From contig MU058423.1 in assembly GCA_013265495.1 (NCBI GenBank), positions 4,572,793 to 4,636,792 of the forward strand: 64,000 nt of DNA. Direction: 5' to 3'. The DNA is from Vicugna vicugna. Its lineage: Eukaryota. Both the position numbers and the translations under genes were made by a program. Each line of letters begins with the position of its first letter. Position 1 is the first letter of the stretch. This document shows positions 51,091 to 62,512 of this stretch, piece by piece. The notes under the pieces are model-generated. The model was not told the origin of the DNA and searched no databases. It was given only the letters and a program-made list of their open reading frames with translations.

Positions 51091-51565
51091 TATTAGTCAT
51101 ATTTTCAGATGCTTCACAGAGTAAGATCATATTGAATTTACAGTCACCTAAAAGCCTCGGGACTTTTTCACACGAGGACGTGTTAAAGTCAGTTCCTTTG
51201 AGATCTTACACCTATGATCAAAATAAGCTCAGACCTTGCTGTGCTTTGGTTCCTTATGAAGGTTGATGAGAAATTCCGAGGAAAACCAAACTTACTGCCT
51301 GTGGCCTTTATCCACAGAACTGAAAAAAGAAAATCAAGGTGAAGTAAAACAGCAATTTGATTCTAGATTTTGCATTGAAATGGATCTGGCACTGCGCTGC
51401 TTTTTATATAATGGGGAGCTGCCTTTCTACTCAGAATTTTGTTTTCTGGAGAGAAAAATGGATGAAGACAGAAATTTGCTTAAGGGCTAGTTTTTTCTAT
51501 TTATTTTTTTCAATTTTTTGATACCACTGAATGTTTCCATGGGGCTTAAAAAGCTATCCACCTTT

Positions 51566-51681
51566 TAGAGCATGTCCTTAGCATGCGCAAGGTCCTGGGT
51601 TCAACTCCCAGTGCCTCCATTAAAACATAAATAATAAACAAATAAACCTACTTACCTCCCCCCAAGACAAACAAACAAACA
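51566..51681 (+). mobile_element. 5'-truncated Vic-1-like SINE with 18-bp TSD
   Basis: tagagcatgtccttagcatgcgcaaggtcctgggttcaactcccagt...aacctacttacctccccc-(caaa)n; TSD aaaaagctatccaccttt (51548-51565) / aaaaagttatccaccttt (51682-51699). Confidence 0.9.
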
Positions 51682-51721
51682 AAAAAGTTATCCACCTTTC
51701 AATTTAGAATTAAACTCTCAT

Positions 51722-52805
51722 TTTTTGGTTTGGTTTTTAAATTATTTTTTATTTCATAAATTTGACATGTTACATTTTGTAAATTTAAGATGTATGGAGT
51801 ATTACTGTGATATATTTATATATTGTTATATGATTGCCATTAGAGCAATATTTATCACATTATATCATTATAGTGAAATAGTGTTGTCTCTGTTCATTAT
51901 ATTGTGCATTAGATCTCTGTGGTTTATTTATTACTTGTTACAAGTAGTTACTTGCTAGTTACATTTGTTACTTGATACTCTTTAACCATGATCAGTATTT
52001 TCCCCCCACCCCCAATCCCTTGGTAACCACCATTTTATTCTCTCATTTTTTTGTTTGTTTGTTTGTTTATTTCTTTTACAGGTTTGACATTTTTAGATTC
52101 CACATATAAGTAATATCATACAGTGCTTGTCTTTCTCTGTCTTATGTCTTTCTCTGACTTATCTAGCTTAGCACAATGTTCTCAAGGGCCATCCAGGTTG
52201 TCACAAATGGCAGAAAAATCTTTCTTTCTCATGGCTGAATAATAGTTCATTGTATATTAACAAAGTGAAATGGTGGCCAAAAGAATGGGAGAAAATTTTA
52301 TAAATCATATGTTGGATGAGGGGTTATATACATCTGGGGCGTATATATATATCCATATATCCAAAATATCTGAAGAACTGACACAATAACAAGAAAAACA
52401 ATCTGATTAAAAAATGGACAGAATAATTAAATGGACAATTTATCAAAGTGGACATCAAAATGGCCAACAGACACATGAAAAGATGCTCAAAATCACTACT
52501 TATCAGGGAGTTGCAAATAAAAACCACAGTGAGATTTCACCTCACACCTATCACCAAGATGAGAGATAAGTGCTGGTGAGGATGTGGAAAAGGGCACCCT
52601 TTTGCCCTGCTGTTAGGAATGTAAATTAGCCCAACCACTATGGAAAACAATATGAAGTTTCCTCAAAAAATGAAAAACAGATCTACCATATGATCCAACA
52701 ATTCCACTTTCAGGTGTATATCCAAAGGAAATGAAAACAGGATTTGGACAAGCTGTAGGCACACCCATGCTTATTGTAGCATTATTCATAATAGCCAAGA
52801 CGTAC
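51722..52805 (-). mobile_element. L1 with 5' inversion: minus-strand 3' end (about 51722-52257) plus plus-strand ORF2 C-terminal piece (about 52258-52805)
   Basis: tttagattccacatataag...atggctgaataatag (minus) joined to gaatgggagaaaat...atggccaacagacacatgaaaagatgctca...cattattcataatagccaaga (plus). Confidence 0.9.
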
Positions 52806-52849
52806 AATTAACTTGATGCTTGCTTTCATGAGAATTGTCACTCTTTGAC

Positions 52850-53010
52850 ATGCGGTAACACTTTCACATACTTCACCCCGTCTGATTTTCCACAGCAGCC
52901 TCATGAAGTAGGGACTAGTATTATTTTTTTTTGCCAATGAGGTAGCAGCACATTTGTGACTCACAGATACAGTGCCAGCTCAAAAATTCACATTTGGGTT
53001 TTATGGTTCT
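52850..53010 (-). mobile_element. MIR fragment
   Basis: ccacagcagcctcatgaagtagg...ttttgccaatgagg. Confidence 0.55.
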
Positions 53011-53267
53011 AAAATCTAAGATTGACGGGTGAACAATATAATAAATGATAAAAATCTAACGGATTCGGGTTGTTGGGGAGAACAAAGAAAGAGGAAGAGA
53101 GGAAACTTCTTTGCTTTATGGACTGATGTCTGTATACCACTCATGTTGTTAGGCTCTATTCATTAGCCATTTCACAAAATCCTATTTATATATAGGGTAC
53201 AGAAACTGGATAAAAGGGAAATTAAATAACTTAGCAGTCTCCAAACTATGTACAGGCTGTGTGCTAA

Positions 53268-53572
53268 TGTTTTTTGAAGTTACAATGTGTCCATTTCTTA
53301 TGTATAGTATCATGTTTCAGTCATACATATACATACATCTCCATATTCTTTTCCATTATAGGTTACTACAAGATATTGAATATGGTTCCCTGTGCTATAC
53401 AGAAGAAATTTTCTTTCTATTTTATATATATTAGTTAATATTTGCAAATCTTGAACTCCCAATTTATCCCTTCCCAACCCTTTCCCCTCAGTAACCATAT
53501 ATTTGTTTACTATGTCTGTGAGTCTGTTTCTGTTTTGTAGGTAAGTTCATTAGTGTCTTCTTTTTCCTTTTA
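53268..53572 (-). mobile_element. Cetartiodactyl/camelid-type L1 3' end
   Basis: ttacaatgtgtcc...tttcagtcatacatatacatac...tacaagatattgaatatggttccctgtgctatacag; same type as 12135-12570. Confidence 0.9.
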
Positions 53573-55260
53573 AGTTTGTTTAAAGTTCAGAATGTTTCCA
53601 ATGTTAAAAATGTTCGATGTGATGGTTAAAGGTAATTAAAAGTGGTTCAGAGTTCTCAGGTGAAGTTTTCCCAAAGATTGTTATTAAATACCATTTTAAT
53701 TCTTGGTTCTGTGGAAGGTGAGCTAGTTATGATTTTAAATGTAGGATGCAGGAGAAGGGATTTCATAGGGGCAAGATAGGATGGCGTTAGCCAGAGCCAT
53801 TTGTATCTAATGGTAATTTAAAAAATCCAGTACTTGTGAGTCTAGGACTTCGTGTTTTCTATCTTTTTTACTGGGACTTGGAGGAATCATAACAGAATTC
53901 CCTTGGGGGGGGGATTTCTTTTCCTCTCAATTCAAATAATGATGACCTTCTTGGAAGAGAATCACTGTGGACCAGATTTACTCACCAATTATTTTCAATT
54001 ATTCAAAACTCTTACAAATTCAAATTTAAATGAAGGTTTTAATAATTCTGATTAAAGTGGATGTAGGGAAAACTTACAAATCAGTTATTCTAGCCCAAGC
54101 TAGTATAAAACTTTAACCAACTCCCTCCATGGGATAAATAATCTTTGAATTTTTATGCAGACTGTTTGTGTTTTTAATGTTTCAGAGAGATAAAGTTTTG
54201 CATCTGGTATAAAAGCACATTTCCCCACTTCACCATGAACATATCAATATTTCATATTTTTGATATCTTTCTAAATAATATAATTATTTCATTTTATCTT
54301 TCAGTTATATCAGTTCTATATGCCTTATTTTTTTTTACCCTATTTATAAAAAATCTGATGGAAAGAGGAGGTGTATCTGTTATTTGTGGCTGGATGGCAT
54401 TAGATGAATATTTTAAAAGCAAGTTATAGAAGTCTCTTAGAAACTTATGCAACAGGTATATGTTTATTATTCAATGCCTTCATGAAAAAATAGATTTTTT
54501 AACTCCCGAGGTTATACTGGTGAACATAATTTAATATGTTAATAAAATAAAATAAAACCTGAGAAAAGTAAAAGAGATTAAATAAATATTCATGAAAATG
54601 CCCTCTTCAGGAAATAGGGTCATTTGAACAGTCTATTCCATTAAAAATCACTTTATTTCACTTAAATTGGTTACCTCACAGGGAAGGAAGACCTAAGAAT
54701 ACTAAAGGATTGATTCTGAAATCTGGACCAAAGAAATGACTTTAAAATCTCTCCATTGCATTAGCCAGATGGAATTTATCACAAAAAATCTAGAACTGGT
54801 CAGTTGTTTTAACCTATATACTGAGAGGAGTGCCAAGAATCCATTTAAGTGCTATGTCAAAATTTTATGAAAGTAGTGTTTTTATTAAAATATAAACACT
54901 GATAACCTAGAAATTAATTTAGACTTTTATAGCATTTGGAGTTATCTAACGCTAGCAATTACACAAATATGACTTACTAACAATCACATGATGATTATTA
55001 AAATTAATTCAGAATCAATAACACAGACTGGATGGTGAAATCATTAGCATAATTTATTTTTATTAATGAAAATCACCAAAAAATCAAACCAAATTATCCT
55101 TAATCAAAAAAATCCATTTAAAATTACAATATTTTTACCAGATATCGGTAACCATATGTACTGATCAACTATTGTGATATTTGAAAGTTCAATCTAAACA
55201 ATTTATAAGCTACATGGATGGTTTCTCAGACTTATACTTGTCCCACCACCCAGTATTGAG

Positions 55261-55305
55261 CTCTCTCTCTCTCCCCCTCTTCTTCCCTCTCTTTCTCTCT
55301 CTCTT
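55261..55305. repeat. (CT)-rich microsatellite
   Basis: Direct read. Confidence 0.8.
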
Positions 55306-55339
55306 TGTTCTTTTAGCTGTGGCTGTTAAGTTTTATATA

Positions 55340-55713
55340 TGTTATGGTGTGAATGGTTGTGTCCCCTCAAAATTCACATATTGGAATCCTAAGCCCCAGT
55401 GTAATGATATTACCAGGTGAGGCCTTAGATCACATAGGAAGGTGCTTAGATCATGAGATTGGAAACCTCCTGAATGAGATTAGTGTTCTTATAAAAGAGC
55501 CCCCACTGAGCTCCTTAGCTCCTCCCACCATGTGATGACACAGCAAGCAGTTGGCAGACTGCAACCTGGGAGAGGGTCTTCACCAGACTCCTACCATGGT
55601 GGTACCCTGACTTTGGACTTCCAGCCTCCAGAGGTGTGGGAAATAATTTTTCGTTGTTTATAAGCCACCCAGTTTATGGTATTTAGTTGTAGAAGTCCAA
55701 ACAGACAAAGAGA
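55340..55713 (+). mobile_element. MaLR solo LTR (MLT1A-like)
   Basis: tgttatggtgtgaatggttgtgtcccctcaaaattcacata...ttggacttccagcctccaga...ttataagccacccagtttatggtattt. Confidence 0.9.
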
Positions 55714-55789
55714 GTACATTATCCAAGCTCCTTGGAAATGGCTGAAAGAATGACGGAAAAGATAGGAGGTTAGATGAGATTGTTCTAGA

Positions 55790-55938
55790 CCAACTGATTC
55801 TCAACATGTGTCCAGGGACCAGAAATATTAGCATTATCTGAGAGTTTGTTAGAAATGTGAACCCTAGGCCCCACCCTGGACCTATGGAATTGGAATCCCC
55901 AGATAATCCATATGCAAAATTAAGCTTGAAAAGCACTG
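55790..55938. mobile_element. MER5A-like hAT MITE
   Basis: ttctcaacatgtgtccagggaccag...tttgttagaaatg...ggccccaccc...ttgaaaagcactg. Confidence 0.8.
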
Positions 55939-56216
55939 TTTTATGAGATGCCATGAATACTGCAAAAGCTGAGTTGATTCAGAGACCTTTCCATTCCTGA
56001 CCACAGCTTGATCGTCTCGAGATAGAGGTGCTTTGGGATGGTGTCTCGAATGTCTCCACCCTATTACACAGGAGGTTACCCTTTTATTTTCAGTCCTGCT
56101 GTTCATTCAATCTCCTAGATTGAATGAAGGGCTAAATTGTGCAACTTTGCATCTTCTCCCAAAATCCAAATCAGGCAAGAGATCAAAGAAGGCTGAGTTA
56201 ATCATTATCTAAAAGC

Positions 56217-56992
56217 TGTTAAGTTAAATAAAAAAGGAGGCTATTAGACTGATGTGATTCTAATACCTTAGCAGCTGTGAAAATGAACAAAGAAAGCCTC
56301 ATTTAAACTGGAGTTGGAAAGGCTGGAAGGGGGAGCTCTGATGCCCTACCATTTATTGCCATCTGTATACCCCCAAACGGAAGGGACGTATCTGGCATCT
56401 CCAATAGGAAGGTTACCACTTTAATATCCCAGCGGGAGGAAGGAAAGTTTTCTCCTTGCCTGGCAACAGCCCGGCCAAAGAGGGACAGTTACAATTCAGC
56501 CGATGAACCAGTTTCCTCCAGTGGACTCTTTATACCCCTTCCCAACTTCCCCTTCTCCATTATAAGAGCGATCCTCGCCTTTGTCTCTCTGGACTTGCCT
56601 ATGGTTTTTGCTATAACATACTCATCATGAAATGCAATTATCTGCTATTGCTGAATAAACTCATTTTGCTGATAGAATAATTGACTGTAAAATAACAGTC
56701 CACCTAAGCAAACCAAAACCTAACACTGTTAGTGCCTGAAGGTTAGGAAATCAAAATCTAAGGACAACCAATCGCAAACAGCTCACTGAGCTTTTCCAGA
56801 TAAAGCAAATGCTTAAGTGACAGCCAATCAAGTAATTTCCTTGCTTTGTTTCCACCTCTTTTTCACCCAAATCTCTCCCCAGCTCCTGTGGGTGGAGTGC
56901 TCCTAACCAGTTCTGTTTTGGCGCTTCCCCATTCAAATGAATTTTTTCTCAAACTCTTAAAATGTTTAATATACCTCAGTTAACTTTTAACA
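56217..56992 (+). mobile_element. ERV1-class solo LTR (outer), split by a second LTR
   Basis: tgttaa...ttaaca inverted termini; 4-bp flanks aagc/aaac; ggaggctattagactga...taagcaaaccaaaacctaa reads as one LTR once the insert is removed. Confidence 0.7.
56276..56697 (+). mobile_element. ERV1-class solo LTR (inner)
   Basis: tgtgaaaatgaac...aataaca; TATA-like tataag at about 56561; AATAAA at 56654-56659. Confidence 0.7.
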
Positions 56993-57065
56993 AAACCTTA
57001 ACCAGGAATGCTGTTCTGATTCTTTTTGCAGCCTTGCTGATGCATTCCTGGCAGGACAGAGGTAG

Positions 57066-57770
57066 GATGTTGCTGCTGGTGAGGGGCAGTGAGAGCTGTG
57101 GAGGTCCAGGCAATAAGGTGCCTAATTTGTTAGGACAAAGAGAGAACCTGAGCTGCTTTAGTTCTGTCATCCTATGTGACTACTTGGAGTTTTTATTTGC
57201 ATTAAAAAATTCAAAACAGTGAAAGAGAAAGCAAAGTGTAAGATGTAGTATTTTTGTTTGGAAAGTGCAAATTTTAGTTCATTTGTGGAATATTTTATGG
57301 AATTTAAATAATGCGTTTAAAAATGAAATCTATATTCTTATAAAATTATTAGCCATTTGTTTTAAAACTAAAAAATAAATGAAGAAAAGAAAATGTTATA
57401 TCAGTGTTAAGTTGTGAGCAGGTGTTTTGATTAAAATCTACTTAATAAACACTATGATATTACCTGTTTTTGCTACAGACTGACATCAAATATAAATTTT
57501 TCAACCTATTACACAATTAGTATAATTTAAAATATTAATCTGTTACTTTTTTCATACAGTATTTTATTTTAATTTGTAAATTGTTTTAACTGACATGATT
57601 TTACATACAAAATTCAGTGAAAGAAAATCCTTGTCTGTATTCCTCTCTTGGCTGTGATTGGGATTTGCTTCATTTCATGACTGTAGCTGGTATAATTTTG
57701 TCTTGTAGAGCAAGCAAGGGGTGTTAAAGAACGACCCACTCTTGGTGTCAGATACGCTAGGTACTCTGCT
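57066..57770 (+). mobile_element. Zaphod/MER115-like hAT-Tip100 deletion derivative
   Basis: ggggcagtgagagc...caggcaataagg (left end); ttctgtcatcctatgtgactacttggagtttttatttg...aagtgcaaattttagttcat (internal); ggtgtcagatacgctaggtac (right end). Confidence 0.75.
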
Positions 57771-58349
57771 ACCTGGCGCATCTGTGCCAGAAGGAGCTTT
57801 GGTTTAGTGCTGGGTTTCTGTTCCTTTTGACTTCCTGAACTTGAACACCAGAATGATCGAGGTTTTGCCTAGTGCAGAGCTATGACTGTTCCTAGGAAAA
57901 ATTCTTTGTGGGAAGTATTTCATTTCTTTGCTTTTTCAGACACGGCATTATCTAACGACATTTGAGAGGTGACATGAGACTTGAGACGGTTTGACCTTGA
58001 GCATTCTTAGATTTCACCCTATGTAATTTGCATCCCGCATTTAACATGAGGGTGAGAATGGAGAAAACTTTTTTTTTTTATGCACATACTATTCTCAGAA
58101 GATACTTAATGAATGCTCTTGAGTTGAACGTTTTAACACCTAGGGTTTTCCAGAGATTTTGAACGGTATAGGGTTATTTGCCCTGAGTTACATATTTTCT
58201 AATTTTTTGGAGACTGAGAACTTTGAAGGCATTGCTCCTCCATCCTCTGCCTTTAGTCAAGATTGAGGAGTACAGGGAATAAATACATTTTTGAAATTTC
58301 GGAAACAGGAATACAGTATATCATGACTAACTAGGGTGGATGAAAGAAA

Positions 58350-58658
58350 TAAAGGTTAAAAACAGCTACCGATGAGGGATAAGCAGGTCAAACAACTGTC
58401 TGAAGCAGGCAGTAAGACATGGAGGGGATCTGGGTAAACTGGAGAGAGCCTGTCCAATTTAGAGGGACAACCACTGCTCAGCTCCAGCTGATTGCAGTCA
58501 GAGAGTTGTCTGTGCACAGAGTTGCCAGATCATTTGATAGAAGTAGGAAGCCTGAGTTTTTACATGGCATCTCTCAACATTTTAACATACAGTATGAGCA
58601 AAGAGGAATGTACCAAATGGCCAGATTCAGTCCCCAGGCCATGAGTTTGCCACCTCTG
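58350..58658. mobile_element. MER102-like hAT-Charlie element
   Basis: gctcagctccagctgattg...gttgccagatc...ggccagattcagtccccaggccatgagtttgccacctctg. Confidence 0.8.
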
Positions 58659-60649
58659 GAGAAATACATTTCCGTAATACATTCCAATAATTATCAGTTG
58701 CTTCTCTAAGGAAGTTATTCCTTTTGGATGTTATAAAACTATTATGTGTTAATTCACATCCCATCTTCTGTTGTTTTGTCCTTAAGGAGGAGGACAGTAT
58801 CATCCATTTTCTGCATAAAAATGCAGTTCATTTAAAAACTTGAGCAACCCCACAGAGAGCTTATTAATCTCCTGGTGAAACTGTACCAAAATGTTCTTAC
58901 AATATTGCCCGCGTACAATATTCTCAGGGTCTTTGCTGAGGGGATCTGACAGGACCCTGTTTGAAGCAGGAAGAGAGGGCCTTGTTTTCTCTCAATAGGG
59001 TGTCTTTAAACCACCAAAGGGACTCCTGGTGGATCTGCACATTTTTGACATGCTTAAATTTGCTTAATTATTGCTAGTACTGAATGCTTAGTCAAAACAT
59101 ATTGTCATAGAGGGAACCACCTCAAAGGCTCTTCCTGCTAGTGGCAATTGCTTTGGATAATGAGTGAGCGAAAACTGTCACACCTTCTGTATTCCTATAC
59201 ATGTCCATATCGGAATAAACAGAAGTCTTCAGAAAATGAATTCTGGCTTTTGAAAGTTTCTGGGACTCCTAACCTGATGTCCACCTAACATTAAGTATTT
59301 TATCTGTATGGAAATGCTTCTCTGTTAAATCACGATGACAGTATTTACCAGAATCTTGTATTCCTGCTCAATCTTTTACCCAGTAACGACAATCTGAAAG
59401 CTTTATACATACGACCAAAGAAACATGCTTATTGCTTCAAGATAGCAGGACAAGTTTTAATATGCGCTGTATTAAACAAGAGTGCTTCAAACTTATATCT
59501 GAACCCAAAGGCGTCCACTTGCCCTATTGTTTGTATTTTAATTTGAGGAATAGAATGAAATTTTTTAGTATTTTCAGCAATCTAGGGGAGAACAATGATT
59601 CCAGTGGGGAGAGGAGATTGCTAAGTCATTAGGGAAACGTGAATGTGTGCTTTATTTATATCTGCATTCGAACAAGCTAGTACAACGTGGAGCACTTTGC
59701 AGTGACCCAGTGAAGAGCTGAATGAGTAATAGGAACCCTGCTGCTCCCCTACAAGCATCCTGTCAAGGCCTAGTTGAGTCTAAGATGCGTGTTGAAAGCC
59801 CATCAGCAGAGGCTGCCTTTCCAGACAAGGAGCGTCCCTCAGGCTGACCTTTCCAATTCCAGTGAAAGTGCGAGAGGGGTGATGTTCAGTGGGATTATGT
59901 GTGGGCAATGTCTACATTCAGAGGTCCTATATTTTATGTTCTTGTGGGCGGTTTTTTTTTTAAAGAACATATCCAACCCACTCACACATTTATATTAAAA
60001 GTTAATTGTCAAGCAAATAATATTTCAAATTTAGAAATCCTACTCATTCCTAATTATAACTGTCAGAGTGGCAGGGCTTTGTGAACTAGCTAGCAAACAT
60101 GGAAAAGCCTTCCGAGTAAATCAATACAGTGGAACATTTTTAGAGATATGTGATTAATTATTTAGCACAAGGAAACACTATGCAGCTTGTACTGTGTCTA
60201 CGTACAATTGCACAGATTCTTTTCTTTCTAATAGAAAGCTAATTGTTCTTTTTAAGTACCTAGGATACAAATCACTTGATTTTCTAAGTGGTGTGTCAAA
60301 CTAACTTGCATAGTCAGTGCCTACTTGTATGTTGCCAATATGGCTGTGGAAATAAATGGAATGTACCATTCACGGTTTTCTTTATAATACCTCAAAGGCA
60401 TCTATTACGTAGGCAAGCACTTTGGCTTAACAATTTTGTCCTTTAATAAAGAGGTTTGTTAAAGTACAGCCTATTCAGAATATGTTGCTCATTCAGTAGT
60501 GATTTCTGATAATTTATAGCAGAATGCAGGGAACTATGACAATGATTTATTGCAAGTTGTTAAAGTAATTGAAAAATGTGACATTAATTAAATTAATTAT
60601 TTTCTTAAAGTTTCAACCTAGAAGAGAAAAAGATGTAGGCACAGAAGCA

Positions 60650-60900
60650 TGTAACATTGTGGATAGTATCATAGGCTGTGTAAGGAAACTTTCTGGGTTC
60701 AGTTTCTGCTCCCATTTTCTATTAATTGGGTGACTTGGTCCACTTGCTAACATGTCTGGGCTGTAGTGTCCTCAGTTGGTATACAGGTCTGAAAATAACT
60801 ATACTCATTGGAAGCCTAAAGATCAGATGCAACAATGCATGTGAAATGCTTTGATGGTGCCAAGTATGTCATAAACACTCAATTATTGTTGTTGTTACTG
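60650..60900 (+). mobile_element. MIR SINE
   Basis: ctgggttcag...gggtgacttgg...aatgcatgtgaaatgctttg...cactcaattattgtt. Confidence 0.7.
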
Positions 60901-61726
60901 TTTCAAAATTAAGCCAGGGATTGGGATTATTTTCTGCATTTCCAAAAAATATGTAATAGTAATTCGAGAACCAATGGTTCATATCAGCTTTTACAAATAT
61001 TCACAATAAATACTATAAAACATGACTCTGTTGTGAAGTGAAAGACTCACACAGGTGGAGATGTTTTTGTTTTTTCTGAAGAAATCTGCGTTATAAGAAT
61101 GTCTTATACTTCTACCTGTTAGTCCCTATTTGGGTCTTTGTCCTTGGATGAAATCCCTCAGTGATCTAAGATTAATACTTGAACTACCTAAAAATCCGAC
61201 TCTCTGGCAAACTCCTCTCTCTGATAGATGGCTCAGCACCAGGAAATAAACAGGTCACTCTAAGCAAAAAATGAGATGTCAAAAAAATCTGTCTCAAATT
61301 CTCACTCTTTACTCATAGAGGTATCTTTCAGGCCTTCACTCAAAGTTTATTTGTCCTTATTTCATATATAGTTTTTTTTTTTAAGATAAAGTCATTATCT
61401 GGATTCCTGCAAAGGAGACTAGGAAGCACTACATTAGGAATGGGAAGAATAATCATATTTATATCATTGAGAATTTATCAAATGGCTCGATGACAACAAA
61501 CATGATAGAAAAATTACAAAAAGCAAAAGTGATGTAAAATAACAAATCTTAGTTAGATCTTTGGAGTCTCCTTTGTATAGGGACAGATCTTTTAAGCCTC
61601 AACAGACTCTGATGAAATTCAAGATTGTCATAATGTGGCATAATAATTGGTAGTCTAAGTCATCCAGAAATAATTGGATCTGTTTAGGTTACTCTGCTTA
61701 AGAAGATAAGGAAGTATGTAATGTAT

Positions 61727-62512
61727 CAGAAATGTCAAACTGGTGCCCTGCAGCTGGTGAATGTTTTGATCCATCAGTTTATTTAAAACAATTGAATTAC
61801 TTGCCAATATTTAAAAATCATAAACTTTCACTTGAAATTGGCGTCTCTCAATTTCTTGGAAAAATTAGAAAGTGTGGTGATACTGAACCCACATTCTTAA
61901 TGCATGTGTCCACAGGAAGATTTATGTAAGAAGAGTCATGACAACTTACCCATAATAGCTTCAAACTGGAAACAACTCAAATGCCCATCAACAGGATGTA
62001 TTAACAAACTGTGATATAGCCAATGCAATGGAAAGCTACTCAACAACCATAAAAATAAAAACAAATTACTAGTGAATAACAATATGGATAGATCTCAAAA
62101 GCATTACATGGAGAAAAAAGCCAAGCATAAAAAGTATCTCCCCTATGACTCCAGATGTAATGTAGTTCAAAGATAAAAAATTAGCTTATGATGCTAAAAA
62201 TCAGAATAGTGATTGTCTTTGGAGGTGGGGGAATGGCAGAAATGTTGCCTGGAAAGGAAAATTTATGGGCTGATGGAAATATTATTTATCTTGAATGTGG
62301 TCATGGTTATATATGTTTGCCAGTATTGAGCTCTGTACTTATGATCTGTGCATTTTATTGTGTAAACCTCATGCTTTAACAAATACTATTAGCATTAAAG
62401 ACAAGCAAAGCAAACAAAGAAGTAAGTGGGGCTGAAGAGCTGCCATCTCCTTTAGCCATACTCCCAGACTCTACCTGCATGGCTCCTGCAGTTATCATGT
62501 TTGCAACTACTT
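61727..62512. mobile_element. MER102-like element, opposite orientation to the 58350 copy, interrupted by L1
   Basis: ttgaattacttgccaatatttaaaaatc...cttggaaaaattagaaag...actgaacccacattc [L1] ggggctgaagagctgcc...gtttgcaac. Confidence 0.7.
61904..62420 (+). mobile_element. L1ME/MC-type 3' end
   Basis: cataatagcttcaaactggaaacaactcaaatgcccatcaacagg...tcagaatagtgattgtctttgg...gggctgatggaaatatt. Confidence 0.85.
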
